Virus record (IMG/VR): IMGVR_UViG_3300032295_004069
Length of the DNA: 64,000 bases
DNA from: a virus
Lineage: Duplodnaviria > Heunggongvirae > Uroviricota > Caudoviricetes
Reading direction: 5' to 3' (one strand)
The position numbers and the translations under genes were made by a program. Below, piece by piece: positions 1 to 8,514 of the stretch (the stretch's first letter is position 1; each line of letters begins with the position of its first letter). Below the pieces are notes generated by a model. It had not been told where the DNA came from. It was given only the letters and a program-made list of their open reading frames with translations, and ran no database searches.

Positions 1-543
1 TCTTAATGATTCCATGAATGGACCAACACCAACTTTTACAATATAGTCAGTCGCATAATTTAACCATTGTGTTGCAGTATCGACAGCTTTTTTACCCGCA
101 TCATAAACTGCAGTAGCACCTTGTTTGACTGTATTCCCAACCACCTGAGCTCCTTGATACAAAGCATCACCAACCTGACTCGCTGCAGATTGAATGTAGT
201 CCATAAATTGTTCATTTATTCTATCTAATTCAATCGAGATAGACTCATTTAAAAATTTGTGAAATCTATCCAACTCATCAATTGGGATTAAAGATTCCTC
301 AGTGAGTAAGTTATTGTAGAATGTATTATAATTTTCGAGTACAACTTTATTCTGTCCGAACAAATTCTTTACACTGTCCTCTTTGATATTGTTTAATATA
401 ACAATACTCTCGTTAACAGGTAAATTCGTAAAAAGGGCTGAAAGATATCTTCTTTGTATGTTAAGAGATTTACCAAAATCAGAAATTAATTCTTGTATAT
501 CTGTTTTATATTTTTTTGTTTCAAAAATATTTTGTAAGTCCAT
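1..543 (-). CDS. hypothetical protein, 3' end runs off window start (N-term MDLQNIFETKKYKTDIQELISDFGK...)
   Basis: Open minus-strand frame from ATG near 543 to the window edge; absent from the ORF track only because it leaves the window. VGVGPF segment resembles the GPFISxGIGLAD segment of paralogs at 2759-5626 and 9896-10603. The overlapping + ORF 383..628 is judged spurious. Confidence 0.5.
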   Translation of the reverse strand, partial: MDLQNIFETKKYKTDIQELISDFGKSLNIQRRYLSALFTNLPVNESIVILNNIKEDSVKNLFGQNKVVLENYNTFYNNLLTEESLIPIDELDRFHKFLNESISIELDRINEQFMDYIQSAASQVGDALYQGAQVVGNTVKQGATAVYDAGKKAVDTATQWLNYATDYIVKVGVGPFMESLR

Positions 544-624
544 TTTTTTATATAGACTTAAAATTTGTCTTTTTTCAGACTCATTTATGTGTTGGAAACT
601 TTTATTACCGTATCTCATTATGAT

Positions 625-1149
625 TTAAAATTTTTTTACACGTTTTAATTTATCATATACTGTGTTTCCAATTAACAACAACACAATACCAATCGTAAAA
701 GAAATTGCAGTTTCTGCTGATGATGAGGTATCTATGTTTGCATAATTTGTGATTTTTTCAATCAGAGATGTCCCAAGAGAACCAAGTAAAGCAGTATTAA
801 TAAAACCAATTGAACCAAGTCCCATCTTCACACGGTCAACAAAGGTAAGTTTTTCCTCTTCTTCGTCTTCAGATAGTTCACTTTCTTCTTTTGATTGTTG
901 AACGGCGATGTTTCCAGCACTTAATGCATCTGATAAACTTGTGTTATCATCAATACCTACATTATTAAGATTTTTCTTTAGGGATACTAATTCACGAGCA
1001 GATAAATTAGAAAGAGCTTGGTCTGCCAAACCTTTTAGTTTTGGAGAATTTACAATATTCATAACCAACTCCTGTTGTTCTTGTTCTGAAATTACTCTTC
1101 TAACAATTCTTGTTAAATCCGATTCACTTAAACTTATAACCTTAGCCAT
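625..1149 (-). CDS. leader-family protein (N-term MAKVISLSESDLTRIVRRVISEQ), acidic Ser/Glu-rich centre, C-terminal TM helix
   Basis: ATG at 1149; shares the 20-aa N-terminal motif with the genes at 8515, 9173, 9896, 10687, 45837 and 52275; hydrophobic C-terminus IGIVLLLIGN. Confidence 0.6.
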   Translation of the reverse strand: MAKVISLSESDLTRIVRRVISEQEQQELVMNIVNSPKLKGLADQALSNLSARELVSLKKNLNNVGIDDNTSLSDALSAGNIAVQQSKEESELSEDEEEEKLTFVDRVKMGLGSIGFINTALLGSLGTSLIEKITNYANIDTSSSAETAISFTIGIVLLLIGNTVYDKLKRVKKF

Positions 1150-1175
1150 TAAAAAATCTTTTAGATAAATACAAT

Positions 1176-1553
1176 TTATTTCAGAATTAAACGTTTGAAT
1201 TGAGAATCACTTATAACAATAACCCTCTTACCCCTTTTCGATTCATTCATAGGTTTATGCGCAATTTTTTCATAATCCTCTCTTGTTCCAACAAACCTGA
1301 GTTCTATTATTTTTTTTGTTTCGTCTAATGGATTAGATAAAAGGGAGAATCTTATTCTCATTTCAGGTTTTCCTGAATATCTAATTCTATATCCTCCAAC
1401 AACATATTTCTTTATGTCGAGGATGGTGTTGAGTTCAGAAAAATCTTTAGCGTTTTGTATTTTTGAAATTACCTTTTCAGTTTCCTCTTTACCACGAGAG
1501 TGTTTTATTTTACTCATCAATTTGAGAAACTTGGGTGTATATTGAATATCCAT
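1176..1553 (-). CDS. RelE/ParE-superfamily toxin-like protein with C-terminal extension
   Basis: GGYRIRYS...EMRIRF...LRFVGTREDY matches the RelE/ParE core pattern (GYRLVY...VG.Rex.Y). The C-terminal tail RVIVISDSQFKRLILK resembles the ITESQ leader motif. Call made from memory of the fold signature. Confidence 0.4.
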   Translation of the reverse strand: MDIQYTPKFLKLMSKIKHSRGKEETEKVISKIQNAKDFSELNTILDIKKYVVGGYRIRYSGKPEMRIRFSLLSNPLDETKKIIELRFVGTREDYEKIAHKPMNESKRGKRVIVISDSQFKRLILK

Positions 1554-1581
1554 TCTTATAAATATCCATTATACCTCTCAT

Positions 1582-1610
1582 AAAATAAAAAACCCCTCAC
1601 AGTGGAGGGG
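1582..1610 (-). terminator. rho-independent terminator (stem CCCCTC/GAGGGG plus U-tract on minus RNA)
   Basis: aaaaaacccctcacagtggagggg on the plus strand; downstream of minus gene 1719..2036. Confidence 0.7.
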
Positions 1611-1718
1611 TTAGTATTAATTTAATTCCTTTGACTCGTAGGCTTTTACTGAGGGTAGGTTTGAATATTCACACCAAAGCTCTTCCCTTTTCTTAAGTAG
1701 TTCTTCTTTCACTTTGTA

Positions 1719-2036
1719 TTAGAAATAAACGGAAGAGTGGGCTGATATAACTGTGCTTTCAGGAAAATTGTACATAAACCACTTTTTTAGTATTTTTTCA
1801 AGTTCAACATCACTAACATTCAAAAGACCCATAAGAGTTTTGAACAACCTTTGGTTTACAATGAATGCATAATCATGATACACAAAAACGGTATTACCCT
1901 CGGAGTCATCTAAAGTAAAGTCACCTTCCCTTGAATTACTATCAATCGATGGGACTATATAAAGTTCACCGTAGGTATCTTCGATGAACTTATTTAAAAA
2001 ATTAATTAATCTATCTTCAGTTATTGTATATTTCAT
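1719..2036 (-). CDS. hypothetical small protein, ITES-type N-terminus (MKYTITEDRL)
   Basis: ATG verified at 2036; 4-nt overlap with the upstream gene; member of the MKYIITESRL N-terminal family. Confidence 0.55.
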   Translation of the reverse strand: MKYTITEDRLINFLNKFIEDTYGELYIVPSIDSNSREGDFTLDDSEGNTVFVYHDYAFIVNQRLFKTLMGLLNVSDVELEKILKKWFMYNFPESTVISAHSSVYF

Positions 2037-2350
2037 AATGATATTGATTCAGCACTTTTATCAAACTCCTTGTTAAACCAATCAATAACAAAAGTCATGT
2101 CTTCTCCCAAATAATTTTCCAAAGTATGAAAAAGTTCTGGATTTAATGCTAATTCTTCTTTCCATATCCAATATCTGGCAAATACTCCCTTATTACCTTT
2201 AATTTCAGGGTCATAATACTCCTCATAGGATTCATCCCCATCACTCCACGTCATATGAAGGGCATTTTCCTTATTAAAGTTTGGATAAACCTCTTTAATA
2301 AGATTTCCCACCAACCTAATCATTCTATCGTGAGTAATTTCGATTTTCAT
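2033..2350 (-). CDS. hypothetical small protein (MKIEITHDRM)
   Basis: ATG at 2350; overlaps neighbours by 4 nt (translational coupling). Confidence 0.55.
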   Translation of the reverse strand: MKIEITHDRMIRLVGNLIKEVYPNFNKENALHMTWSDGDESYEEYYDPEIKGNKGVFARYWIWKEELALNPELFHTLENYLGEDMTFVIDWFNKEFDKSAESISL

Positions 2351-2736
2351 TTTTTTATAATAGTTTCTATATTAAGAGGTATTCCGTAATATGTTATATC
2401 AATACCAAAAAATCCATTTATATCGTCACGAATTTCAAAATCTAAGTGTTTTGTCGTAGGAGGTCTTTTATTAAAATAAAATTTTAGTAGAACACTTTCC
2501 ATAGAATGTTGTTCATTACCATAATGAATCTTTTTTCCACCAACTTCAATTTTTTCGAGATAATCTGAGAATTTCAATTCAAAAAAATCAACGATGGAAG
2601 GTACTAACTTGAGAATATGTTTTTTCCTTTCTTCAATACCTGCAATTCTACCTTCTCTAGTAAGTTTTTCCCATTCCCTGAACCATTTAGGTATTTCAAT
2701 TTCTTCTCTTAATATTTTTTTTATTAGGTCTCTCAT
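2347..2736 (-). CDS. hypothetical protein
   Basis: ATG at 2736; compact operon arrangement. Confidence 0.5.
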   Translation of the reverse strand: MRDLIKKILREEIEIPKWFREWEKLTREGRIAGIEERKKHILKLVPSIVDFFELKFSDYLEKIEVGGKKIHYGNEQHSMESVLLKFYFNKRPPTTKHLDFEIRDDINGFFGIDITYYGIPLNIETIIKK

Positions 2737-2758
2737 TTTGATTTCAAATCCGAAATTA

Positions 2759-4213
2759 TCAATTTATTGCGGCAATATAATTGCTTTTTGGTTGCAATTG
2801 TTGTTTTTGTGAGTCATCTACAAAACCTGCAACTTTTTGTAACCCACCCCTTGCGGATAACTTACTTGTTTGTTTACCAATTATTTTTTCTAAAGTTAAT
2901 AAAACGTGTGGGTTATTTGCTGCCTTAGATAAATTTTGGGCGACACTACCACCCAATTTATTAGTAAGTTCGGTAAACATTTTACTTGCGTTCTGTGCTA
3001 AGTATTTTTCTACACTTATAGCACCCTCACCACCAGCGGCTACGATACTCAATGGACTTACGTTTTTAAGATACGTAGAAACCTGTGGTAGAACTGCAAA
3101 TAGTAAGTTGAGTCCCGCTTCAGTATAATCTCCATTCTCATAAGCTCTGTACGCTTTTACCAAATTGATTCCAGTATTTAAAACCATGGCGGCTTGACCA
3201 ACAACAGGTAATAATGATGCGACGGTTAATAAAAACCCTGCCCAATCATAACCTTCTTCCCCTTTTGATTTTTGTTCTGCAACGTATCTACCAAACGCGG
3301 CATTTATTTGGTCAATTTCAGCATTAATACCTTGTCTAATTACTGACTCAACCTTTTCTCGATTTTTCAAATCAACGTTTGCAAAATGGTCTGAGCCTGC
3401 AATAGGTTCTATAGAATTTTGTTTTAATTTTTCATCGGCCTCTTTTTGTTTAGCCTCAATCTGAGCATCAAATGTTTTAATTGCTTCTTGTGAAAGACCC
3501 AAAGGAAATTCGGGTCTAAAGTATATACTTTTTAGATTACTAGTTTGTTTTCCTGTAACCGAAGTGCTTTCTGATGATGATGAGTTTAAACGAGCATTAG
3601 TTGTCTTTTGAAACTCAAGAGCTTTGGGATAATCGGGAGGGTAATAACCAGCTGGTACGTCTCTCCATGAATTAACATTTGCCAAGGTTTTAAGTACCCA
3701 TCCACCTTTAACAGTTTTGTTTGCAGATTGACCCGATTGATTTATGGATTTCTGTTGGGTCACTTGGTTGGGGTCATAAAAATATTTGTTTGTTTGAGGA
3801 GGAAGGGACCCTCTATATCTTCCCTTTACGGTTCTGTCTGGCCTACCCAATGGTTCATTAAATGCTGCATATCTTTCTTCATCTCTTTGCCAATCCCATG
3901 GTAAAGCTGGCAAAGGTGTTACTGATTTACCTTGCACCAAATTTCCAAGTTGTGAAGATATATTATTGATTTGTTGTAAAGGTACTCTTCTTGGATACCC
4001 TCCCTGTGGAGGTCCTGATGGAAATAATTGTTTTGCGTCAATTGCCCCTTGTGGTTTTTTGATTGGACCACCCGCATAATACACATAATCTCCTTTTGGG
4101 TTAACGCCACCACTTGCAGTTTTTTCCTGAGCATAAAATGGTGAAGATTGTTCCGTTATAATTCCTTTGGTCTTAAGTCTTCGATATTGTGACTCCGTTA
4201 TTTTAATTATCAT
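2759..4213 (-). CDS. large leader-family protein (MIIKITESQYRRL...) with glycine-zipper-like segment
   Basis: 484 aa; N-terminal ITESQY motif; Pro/Gly/Gln-rich centre; C-terminal LLPVVGQAAMVLNTGINL resembles the GPFISAGIGLADA segment of the 4223..5626 paralog. Confidence 0.6.
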   Translation of the reverse strand: MIIKITESQYRRLKTKGIITEQSSPFYAQEKTASGGVNPKGDYVYYAGGPIKKPQGAIDAKQLFPSGPPQGGYPRRVPLQQINNISSQLGNLVQGKSVTPLPALPWDWQRDEERYAAFNEPLGRPDRTVKGRYRGSLPPQTNKYFYDPNQVTQQKSINQSGQSANKTVKGGWVLKTLANVNSWRDVPAGYYPPDYPKALEFQKTTNARLNSSSSESTSVTGKQTSNLKSIYFRPEFPLGLSQEAIKTFDAQIEAKQKEADEKLKQNSIEPIAGSDHFANVDLKNREKVESVIRQGINAEIDQINAAFGRYVAEQKSKGEEGYDWAGFLLTVASLLPVVGQAAMVLNTGINLVKAYRAYENGDYTEAGLNLLFAVLPQVSTYLKNVSPLSIVAAGGEGAISVEKYLAQNASKMFTELTNKLGGSVAQNLSKAANNPHVLLTLEKIIGKQTSKLSARGGLQKVAGFVDDSQKQQLQPKSNYIAAIN

Positions 4214-4222
4214 ATTCTATAA

Positions 4223-5626
4223 TTACATTGCAATCTTAACTTGTGATTTTAAGTATTCTGCTTGTTGAGCGAGTTTTGATATAAACTTTCGATATTCCAC
4301 AGGGTTTTTTGAAAGGTATAGGAAATGTTGCGAAATAGTTTGGTCATTATACCCTAAGACTTTAGATACGTTGTTTGACCAACTAGCAGCACTCCCTTTT
4401 GACCAATTGATTACACCATTCAAAGCACTAATTAATTCATTCTTATCCATTACTTTACCCAAATTTTTTGTATTTCTTGCTAAATTTTGTAAAACCATTG
4501 TATTATTTGCAATTATTTCATTTGGGTTGAGATAATATTGTCTTAATCCTATATCAAACCTAGCTTGGGCTATATTTTTGAAACCTAATCCTCTAGCGTC
4601 GGCAGCGAGAGCCAAATTTTTTAATCCTTCCAAAGCCTCCGTTGCGTATTTTTTTATGTATACAGGACTTTTAACCATTGAGGGGTCTTTTATATGTGCA
4701 AATTCGTGAAATAGACTGTCTTCTATATTTTTTAGACTAAGATTTTTAACATTGTCTTTGATAATATAAATCGCATTTTCTGCATTATCTGCAAGCATAT
4801 GAGAGTTTGCACTTTGAGGTAATTGTTTAGCAACCAAATCCCTTGGAACCGTATATACTTTGATTGTTCTTGGTCCTGTCTTTAAATTCAAAACAACCTG
4901 TTTAACAGTGTCGTTATCGAACACTTCTGCTGCAATTTTTTGGATTTGTGTTATTTCATCAGACCCAAACTTAATTCCAAACTTTGTAACAAAATTGGCC
5001 AATCTTGGAATGGCTTTTTGTCCTGATTGAAGTGATTGTAAAAAGTATACTTGGTCCGAGCCTCCTGAGATAAATTCCCTCATAAGTTTTTCGTACGCCT
5101 CTTGACCAAATCTTTCAATATAAGCAGGTTTTAGCTCTGTAATTTGTTTTACTAAAGGTGATAATTTTTTGGAAGCAGTTTGCGCAATAGTTTGAATGGA
5201 AGGTGCGTTAGTTATAACTTGTTTGACCAACTCGGTTTCCAATTGTGTTAATTTTGCACCTGATGTGAACTTAGATGCAATTGTTTTCCAAACAGCGGAA
5301 CCTGTTTCTTTTACACCAGGAATTTTTCCAATAAAAGGTAAAAGAGAAAAAACTGCTGAAATTGTTGCGGATGTTTTGTCTCCCTCCTTATAGTATAATG
5401 ACGCATCCGCTAACCCGATACCTGCAGAAATAAATGGTCCAACCACAGGAATGAAAGCAGAACCTATACCAGCAATCGCCAGTATGGTATTAGGGTCCAA
5501 TCCCGTCAATTCAAATGCTTTTTTGATTGCTTGTGGTTTTTGATAATCATAACCACCAACAGGTGCCAAACCCATCGGTTGTTCAAGAATCAACTTATAC
5601 TGAGATTCAGTAATAATAATTTTCAT
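4223..5626 (-). CDS. paralog of 2759..4213 (MKIIITESQYKLILEQ...), GPFISAGIGLADASLYYKEG segment
   Basis: The track start at 5632 is a TTG inside the upstream TATTTATTG motif; true ATG at 5626. Shares the FIPVVGPFISAGIGLAD block with 9896..10603. Confidence 0.6.
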   Translation of the reverse strand: MKIIITESQYKLILEQPMGLAPVGGYDYQKPQAIKKAFELTGLDPNTILAIAGIGSAFIPVVGPFISAGIGLADASLYYKEGDKTSATISAVFSLLPFIGKIPGVKETGSAVWKTIASKFTSGAKLTQLETELVKQVITNAPSIQTIAQTASKKLSPLVKQITELKPAYIERFGQEAYEKLMREFISGGSDQVYFLQSLQSGQKAIPRLANFVTKFGIKFGSDEITQIQKIAAEVFDNDTVKQVVLNLKTGPRTIKVYTVPRDLVAKQLPQSANSHMLADNAENAIYIIKDNVKNLSLKNIEDSLFHEFAHIKDPSMVKSPVYIKKYATEALEGLKNLALAADARGLGFKNIAQARFDIGLRQYYLNPNEIIANNTMVLQNLARNTKNLGKVMDKNELISALNGVINWSKGSAASWSNNVSKVLGYNDQTISQHFLYLSKNPVEYRKFISKLAQQAEYLKSQVKIAM

Positions 5627-5669
5627 CAACAATAAATACTCGGACCCACTTGTTTAAGATGGTCAAAAT

Positions 5670-5780
5670 GAGGGGGACAGACGACGGGGGGATATTCGGT
5701 CCGACCGAAGGTCGGTCGGGGACGGTCGGTCAGAAAAAACGGGGGAAAATACCGACGGAGTCGGTTTCGGTTTGCGAATA
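5670..5780. promoter_or_regulatory. GC-rich palindromic island (GACCGACC/GGTCGG repeats, perfect hairpin CCGACC-GAA-GGTCGG near 5701-5715)
   Basis: Sharp local GC jump in an AT-rich genome; intergenic between minus genes 5807..6112 and 4223..5626. The only overlapping ORF (5626..5871) looks spurious. Confidence 0.4.
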
Positions 5781-5806
5781 CAGACCAAAAAGATGAATAA
5801 AAGATA

Positions 5807-6112
5807 CTAAACGTACCAATCACCATTCCACATACCATCAATAACGATTCGAAAGTGTATGGAAGTATCATCCTCTACTCCAAATATCTTTTTCATGGTA
5901 AAGAGTTCTTGTCTCAATGAATCTTCAAAGTCCTGGTCGGTCCCATCAACATTAAAGGTAAGTTCATATATGTCCTTCCATGATGCAGTTTTAAAATTCC
6001 ATTCTTTTCCCTTTTCAATTTTAAGTCTAAAATCTTCAATTTCGGGATAAATCGGCATAATGATACTATCAATATATTTTTCAAATGCAGAAATAAACGA
6101 TGAAGTTTTCAT
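5807..6112 (-). CDS. hypothetical protein (MKTSSFISAF...)
   Basis: Track start at 6118 is TTG within TATTTATTGGTA; in-frame ATG at 6112. Confidence 0.5.
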   Translation of the reverse strand: MKTSSFISAFEKYIDSIIMPIYPEIEDFRLKIEKGKEWNFKTASWKDIYELTFNVDGTDQDFEDSLRQELFTMKKIFGVEDDTSIHFRIVIDGMWNGDWYV

Positions 6113-6132
6113 TACCAATAAATATAAAACAA

Positions 6133-6384
6133 TTATAGTTCCTCTAACTGCTTGTTAAACTTCTCAATCTCTGTTTCCAATGAGGAAGAAATTATACTAT
6201 GAAACATCGAGAACTCGACACTATCGGGGAACATATACTCAAGGTCCTCACCAATTTTAATGGTAACACCTGTATATCCCAAAAACTTATTTTGTTTTGC
6301 AAAATGAACTGCGTCTCGAACTTGCTCTAAGTGTTCGAGCATAGAAATAATTTTGCGAGCCTTTTCAAGATTCTCCCTTTTCAT
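6133..6384 (-). CDS. hypothetical protein
   Basis: ATG at 6384; part of a minus-strand operon. Confidence 0.45.
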   Translation of the reverse strand: MKRENLEKARKIISMLEHLEQVRDAVHFAKQNKFLGYTGVTIKIGEDLEYMFPDSVEFSMFHSIISSSLETEIEKFNKQLEEL

Positions 6385-6389
6385 CTGTT

Positions 6390-6695
6390 TTAAATCTTAT
6401 ATTTAAATTCTTTTACCAAAACCTTTGTATTCAAAAATGAGTCAAAATAGTTTGCGATGTATGTTGCCATCCTATAACGAAAATGTTCTTTATTTGACGT
6501 GCTTAACTCAGATATATTCCGATGAGCTTCATCATCTGCAGAAAAATGAACTTCAACATAAAGGGTATCAGACCACTCACTATATTCAATCGGAACAATA
6601 TTAAGATAAGTCATCCAATCAGCCATAATCAAGGGGGAAAATGATTCCACCATCTTTTCAAATGAATTATGGGACCAATTTCTTGTTGCGGTCAT
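6390..6695 (-). CDS. hypothetical protein (MTATRNWSHN...)
   Basis: Track start at 6704 is TTG; in-frame ATG at 6695. Confidence 0.45.
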   Translation of the reverse strand: MTATRNWSHNSFEKMVESFSPLIMADWMTYLNIVPIEYSEWSDTLYVEVHFSADDEAHRNISELSTSNKEHFRYRMATYIANYFDSFLNTKVLVKEFKYKI

Positions 6696-6706
6696 ACTAC
6701 ACAATA

Positions 6707-7066
6707 TTAATTTCCATAAAATAATTCAAACACCATCTCCTTTTTTGTGGGCTTGGGAACGAACTGTATCTCCTCAACAAAAAAGGTAACAAAATTCATA
6801 TCAGGATAGGCATACTTAAACTTATTTGTTAACTCCTGACCATACCCCTCACAAGTGAAGAGTCCTTTTTGTCCCTGAGCAAGAACAATCCGAACTTTAA
6901 CAATGTAGATGTCCCCAGCATCGGAGGTATAATAAGAAGTAGAAGAAGAATAACCCCCCGTACCATGAAATTTCTGATGACTAATCTCGGTGATATCAAC
7001 AGAATAAATCTCGGGGAAAAACTTATTAACAACCTTCATAAAGGTTGGAGGAATCTTTGCGGTCAT
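6707..7066 (-). CDS. hypothetical protein
   Basis: ATG at 7066. Confidence 0.45.
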   Translation of the reverse strand: MTAKIPPTFMKVVNKFFPEIYSVDITEISHQKFHGTGGYSSSTSYYTSDAGDIYIVKVRIVLAQGQKGLFTCEGYGQELTNKFKYAYPDMNFVTFFVEEIQFVPKPTKKEMVFELFYGN

Positions 7067-7269
7067 AAAAAAATAGTTTGGTGAATCATTTCATTTGTCC
7101 AACCCATCATCTTTCTATAATACTTTGGAGCCAAGTCTGTTTGATAGTCAACAAGTTTTCTTCGGACCTCATTATCTTCAATATAATAAAGAAATGCTTG
7201 AGTAGGTTTATAGCGTGGTTCCATAAAATGAAAATTTTAATAACCACAAAACTACAACAAAATTTTTAT

Positions 7270-7734
7270 TTAAACAAGAAGTTTCCCAGAAGGGGAATAG
7301 ACATTGAAAGAAAAGAGCTGAGAAGACTTATCAACACCAAGATAGTTCAGATAATTTCTAAGATGATAGTCAACAAGATAGTGGGGGTCAAATTCTTTCT
7401 CGTACATATTTTCTGTGGTGATTGAATCATCATTAAGATGAATCTCAACACGATACATTGGAATCTCTCTCCATGTCTGCCTATTCTTGGTCCCCATATT
7501 CCAAACGTCAATATGGTCAACCATTGGATAGACATCCTTTATGAGCTCGGAATTTAAAATCTTTTTTAAACCTTTGATTTGAGACTTATTCATCATAAAG
7601 ATAAATACCTTTCCCAACAAATATATTACTTGTCCTTTTTTCTTTCTGTAAAATATTCGTGTAGTATTGTCCCCCCAAAAATGAGAATGGTCATTCCAAA
7701 AAATATGAGCATTGAGTAATCCATAGTATTTCAA
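7270..7734 (-). CDS. hypothetical protein (start uncertain; track uses TTG at 7734)
   Basis: 154-aa ORF; promoter region carries two palindromic operator-like sites. Confidence 0.4.
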   Translation of the reverse strand: MKYYGLLNAHIFWNDHSHFWGDNTTRIFYRKKKGQVIYLLGKVFIFMMNKSQIKGLKKILNSELIKDVYPMVDHIDVWNMGTKNRQTWREIPMYRVEIHLNDDSITTENMYEKEFDPHYLVDYHLRNYLNYLGVDKSSQLFSFNVYSPSGKLLV

Positions 7735-7821
7735 TTTTTACAAACATACCAAATTCCCAAAATTTTTCCAAAAATTTTTTTTTGACTATAGGGGACCTTT
7801 TTAAAAGAGGGGGTCCTTGTT

Positions 7822-7900
7822 TTGGAAATATATTTCCAATATGTTGAAATTGATATAAGATAGTCCCCCATGTTTTGGATAATTGGAAATATGTTTCCAA
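7822..7900. promoter_or_regulatory. pair of 18-bp palindromes TTGGAAATATATTTCCAA (7822-7839, perfect) and TTGGAAATATGTTTCCAA (7883-7900), centres 61 bp apart
   Basis: Read directly from sequence; located just upstream of minus gene 7270..7734 and downstream of the terminator of 7945..8433. Confidence 0.5.
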
Positions 7901-7911
7901 TTCCCACAAAT

Positions 7912-7936
7912 AAAAAACCCCACTCAATAGGTGGGG
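7912..7936 (-). terminator. rho-independent terminator (CCCCAC...GTGGGG)
   Basis: aaaaaaccccactcaataggtgggg; immediately downstream of minus gene 7945..8433. Confidence 0.7.
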
Positions 7937-7944
7937 TTTATAAA

Positions 7945-8433
7945 TTACATTGTTGCTCCTCTAATTCCGTATCGTCTAACCAATCTGTTTCTTTGTCTAC
8001 ATTCCTTATTAGTTCTTGTTCCACCTCCGAATATTCTTCTAAATAATTCAATAATCAAAACCAAAATCATAAGACCTCCTATTCCTTTCATAACTTGTGC
8101 ACCCATCACATTACCACCATAATTTTGTTCTTGTACTTTATTACTTCTTTGTTGTGCTTTCAGTTCTTTAATCTTATTTTTGATTTGAGGTACAGTCATC
8201 TTTTTTACTTCCTCTTCAAACTTTTTAATTTCATCTGAATACTCAGGTACTTCATAAGATATTGAACACTCGGGTTGAAGTTCTTGAATTTCTTCAGCAC
8301 TTAATGTTTCCCCAACATCTTGTAGTTCTTGATTGAACTCTTCCATTCCATCCATTTGTTCAGATAATAATCTTTTTTCTAATCTCTGATTAGCTTCTTG
8401 GATGTGTCTAATTTTACTATAACTTCTATTCAT
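7945..8433 (-). CDS. hypothetical coiled-coil protein with C-terminal TM segment
   Basis: ATG at 8433; EEFNQELQ / KKFEEEVKK heptad-like stretches; GIGGLMILVLIIELF hydrophobic tail. Confidence 0.5.
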   Translation of the reverse strand: MNRSYSKIRHIQEANQRLEKRLLSEQMDGMEEFNQELQDVGETLSAEEIQELQPECSISYEVPEYSDEIKKFEEEVKKMTVPQIKNKIKELKAQQRSNKVQEQNYGGNVMGAQVMKGIGGLMILVLIIELFRRIFGGGTRTNKECRQRNRLVRRYGIRGATM

Positions 8434-8514
8434 GTCTTTGGTTTAAAATAAATACAATTTTTTCCAAAAAATTTTAAAACAAAAAACCCCCTTCGTTTAT
8501 GAAGAGGGTCTTAG

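Noticed and set aside
383-628. Plus-strand 81-aa ORF
   Set aside because: Antisense to a clean minus-strand gene (ATG 543) whose protein resembles the local paralog family; low-complexity hydrophobic product
5626-5871. 81-aa minus ORF spanning the GC-rich island
   Set aside because: Starts at the TTG of the neighbouring gene's start context; Pro/Arg-rich product is produced by the GC-rich palindromes; no start motif
7078-7927. ORFs 7078..7425 (+), 7347..7535 (-) and 7691..7927 (-)
   Set aside because: Antisense or overlapping to better-supported genes or spanning the operator/terminator region; low-complexity products
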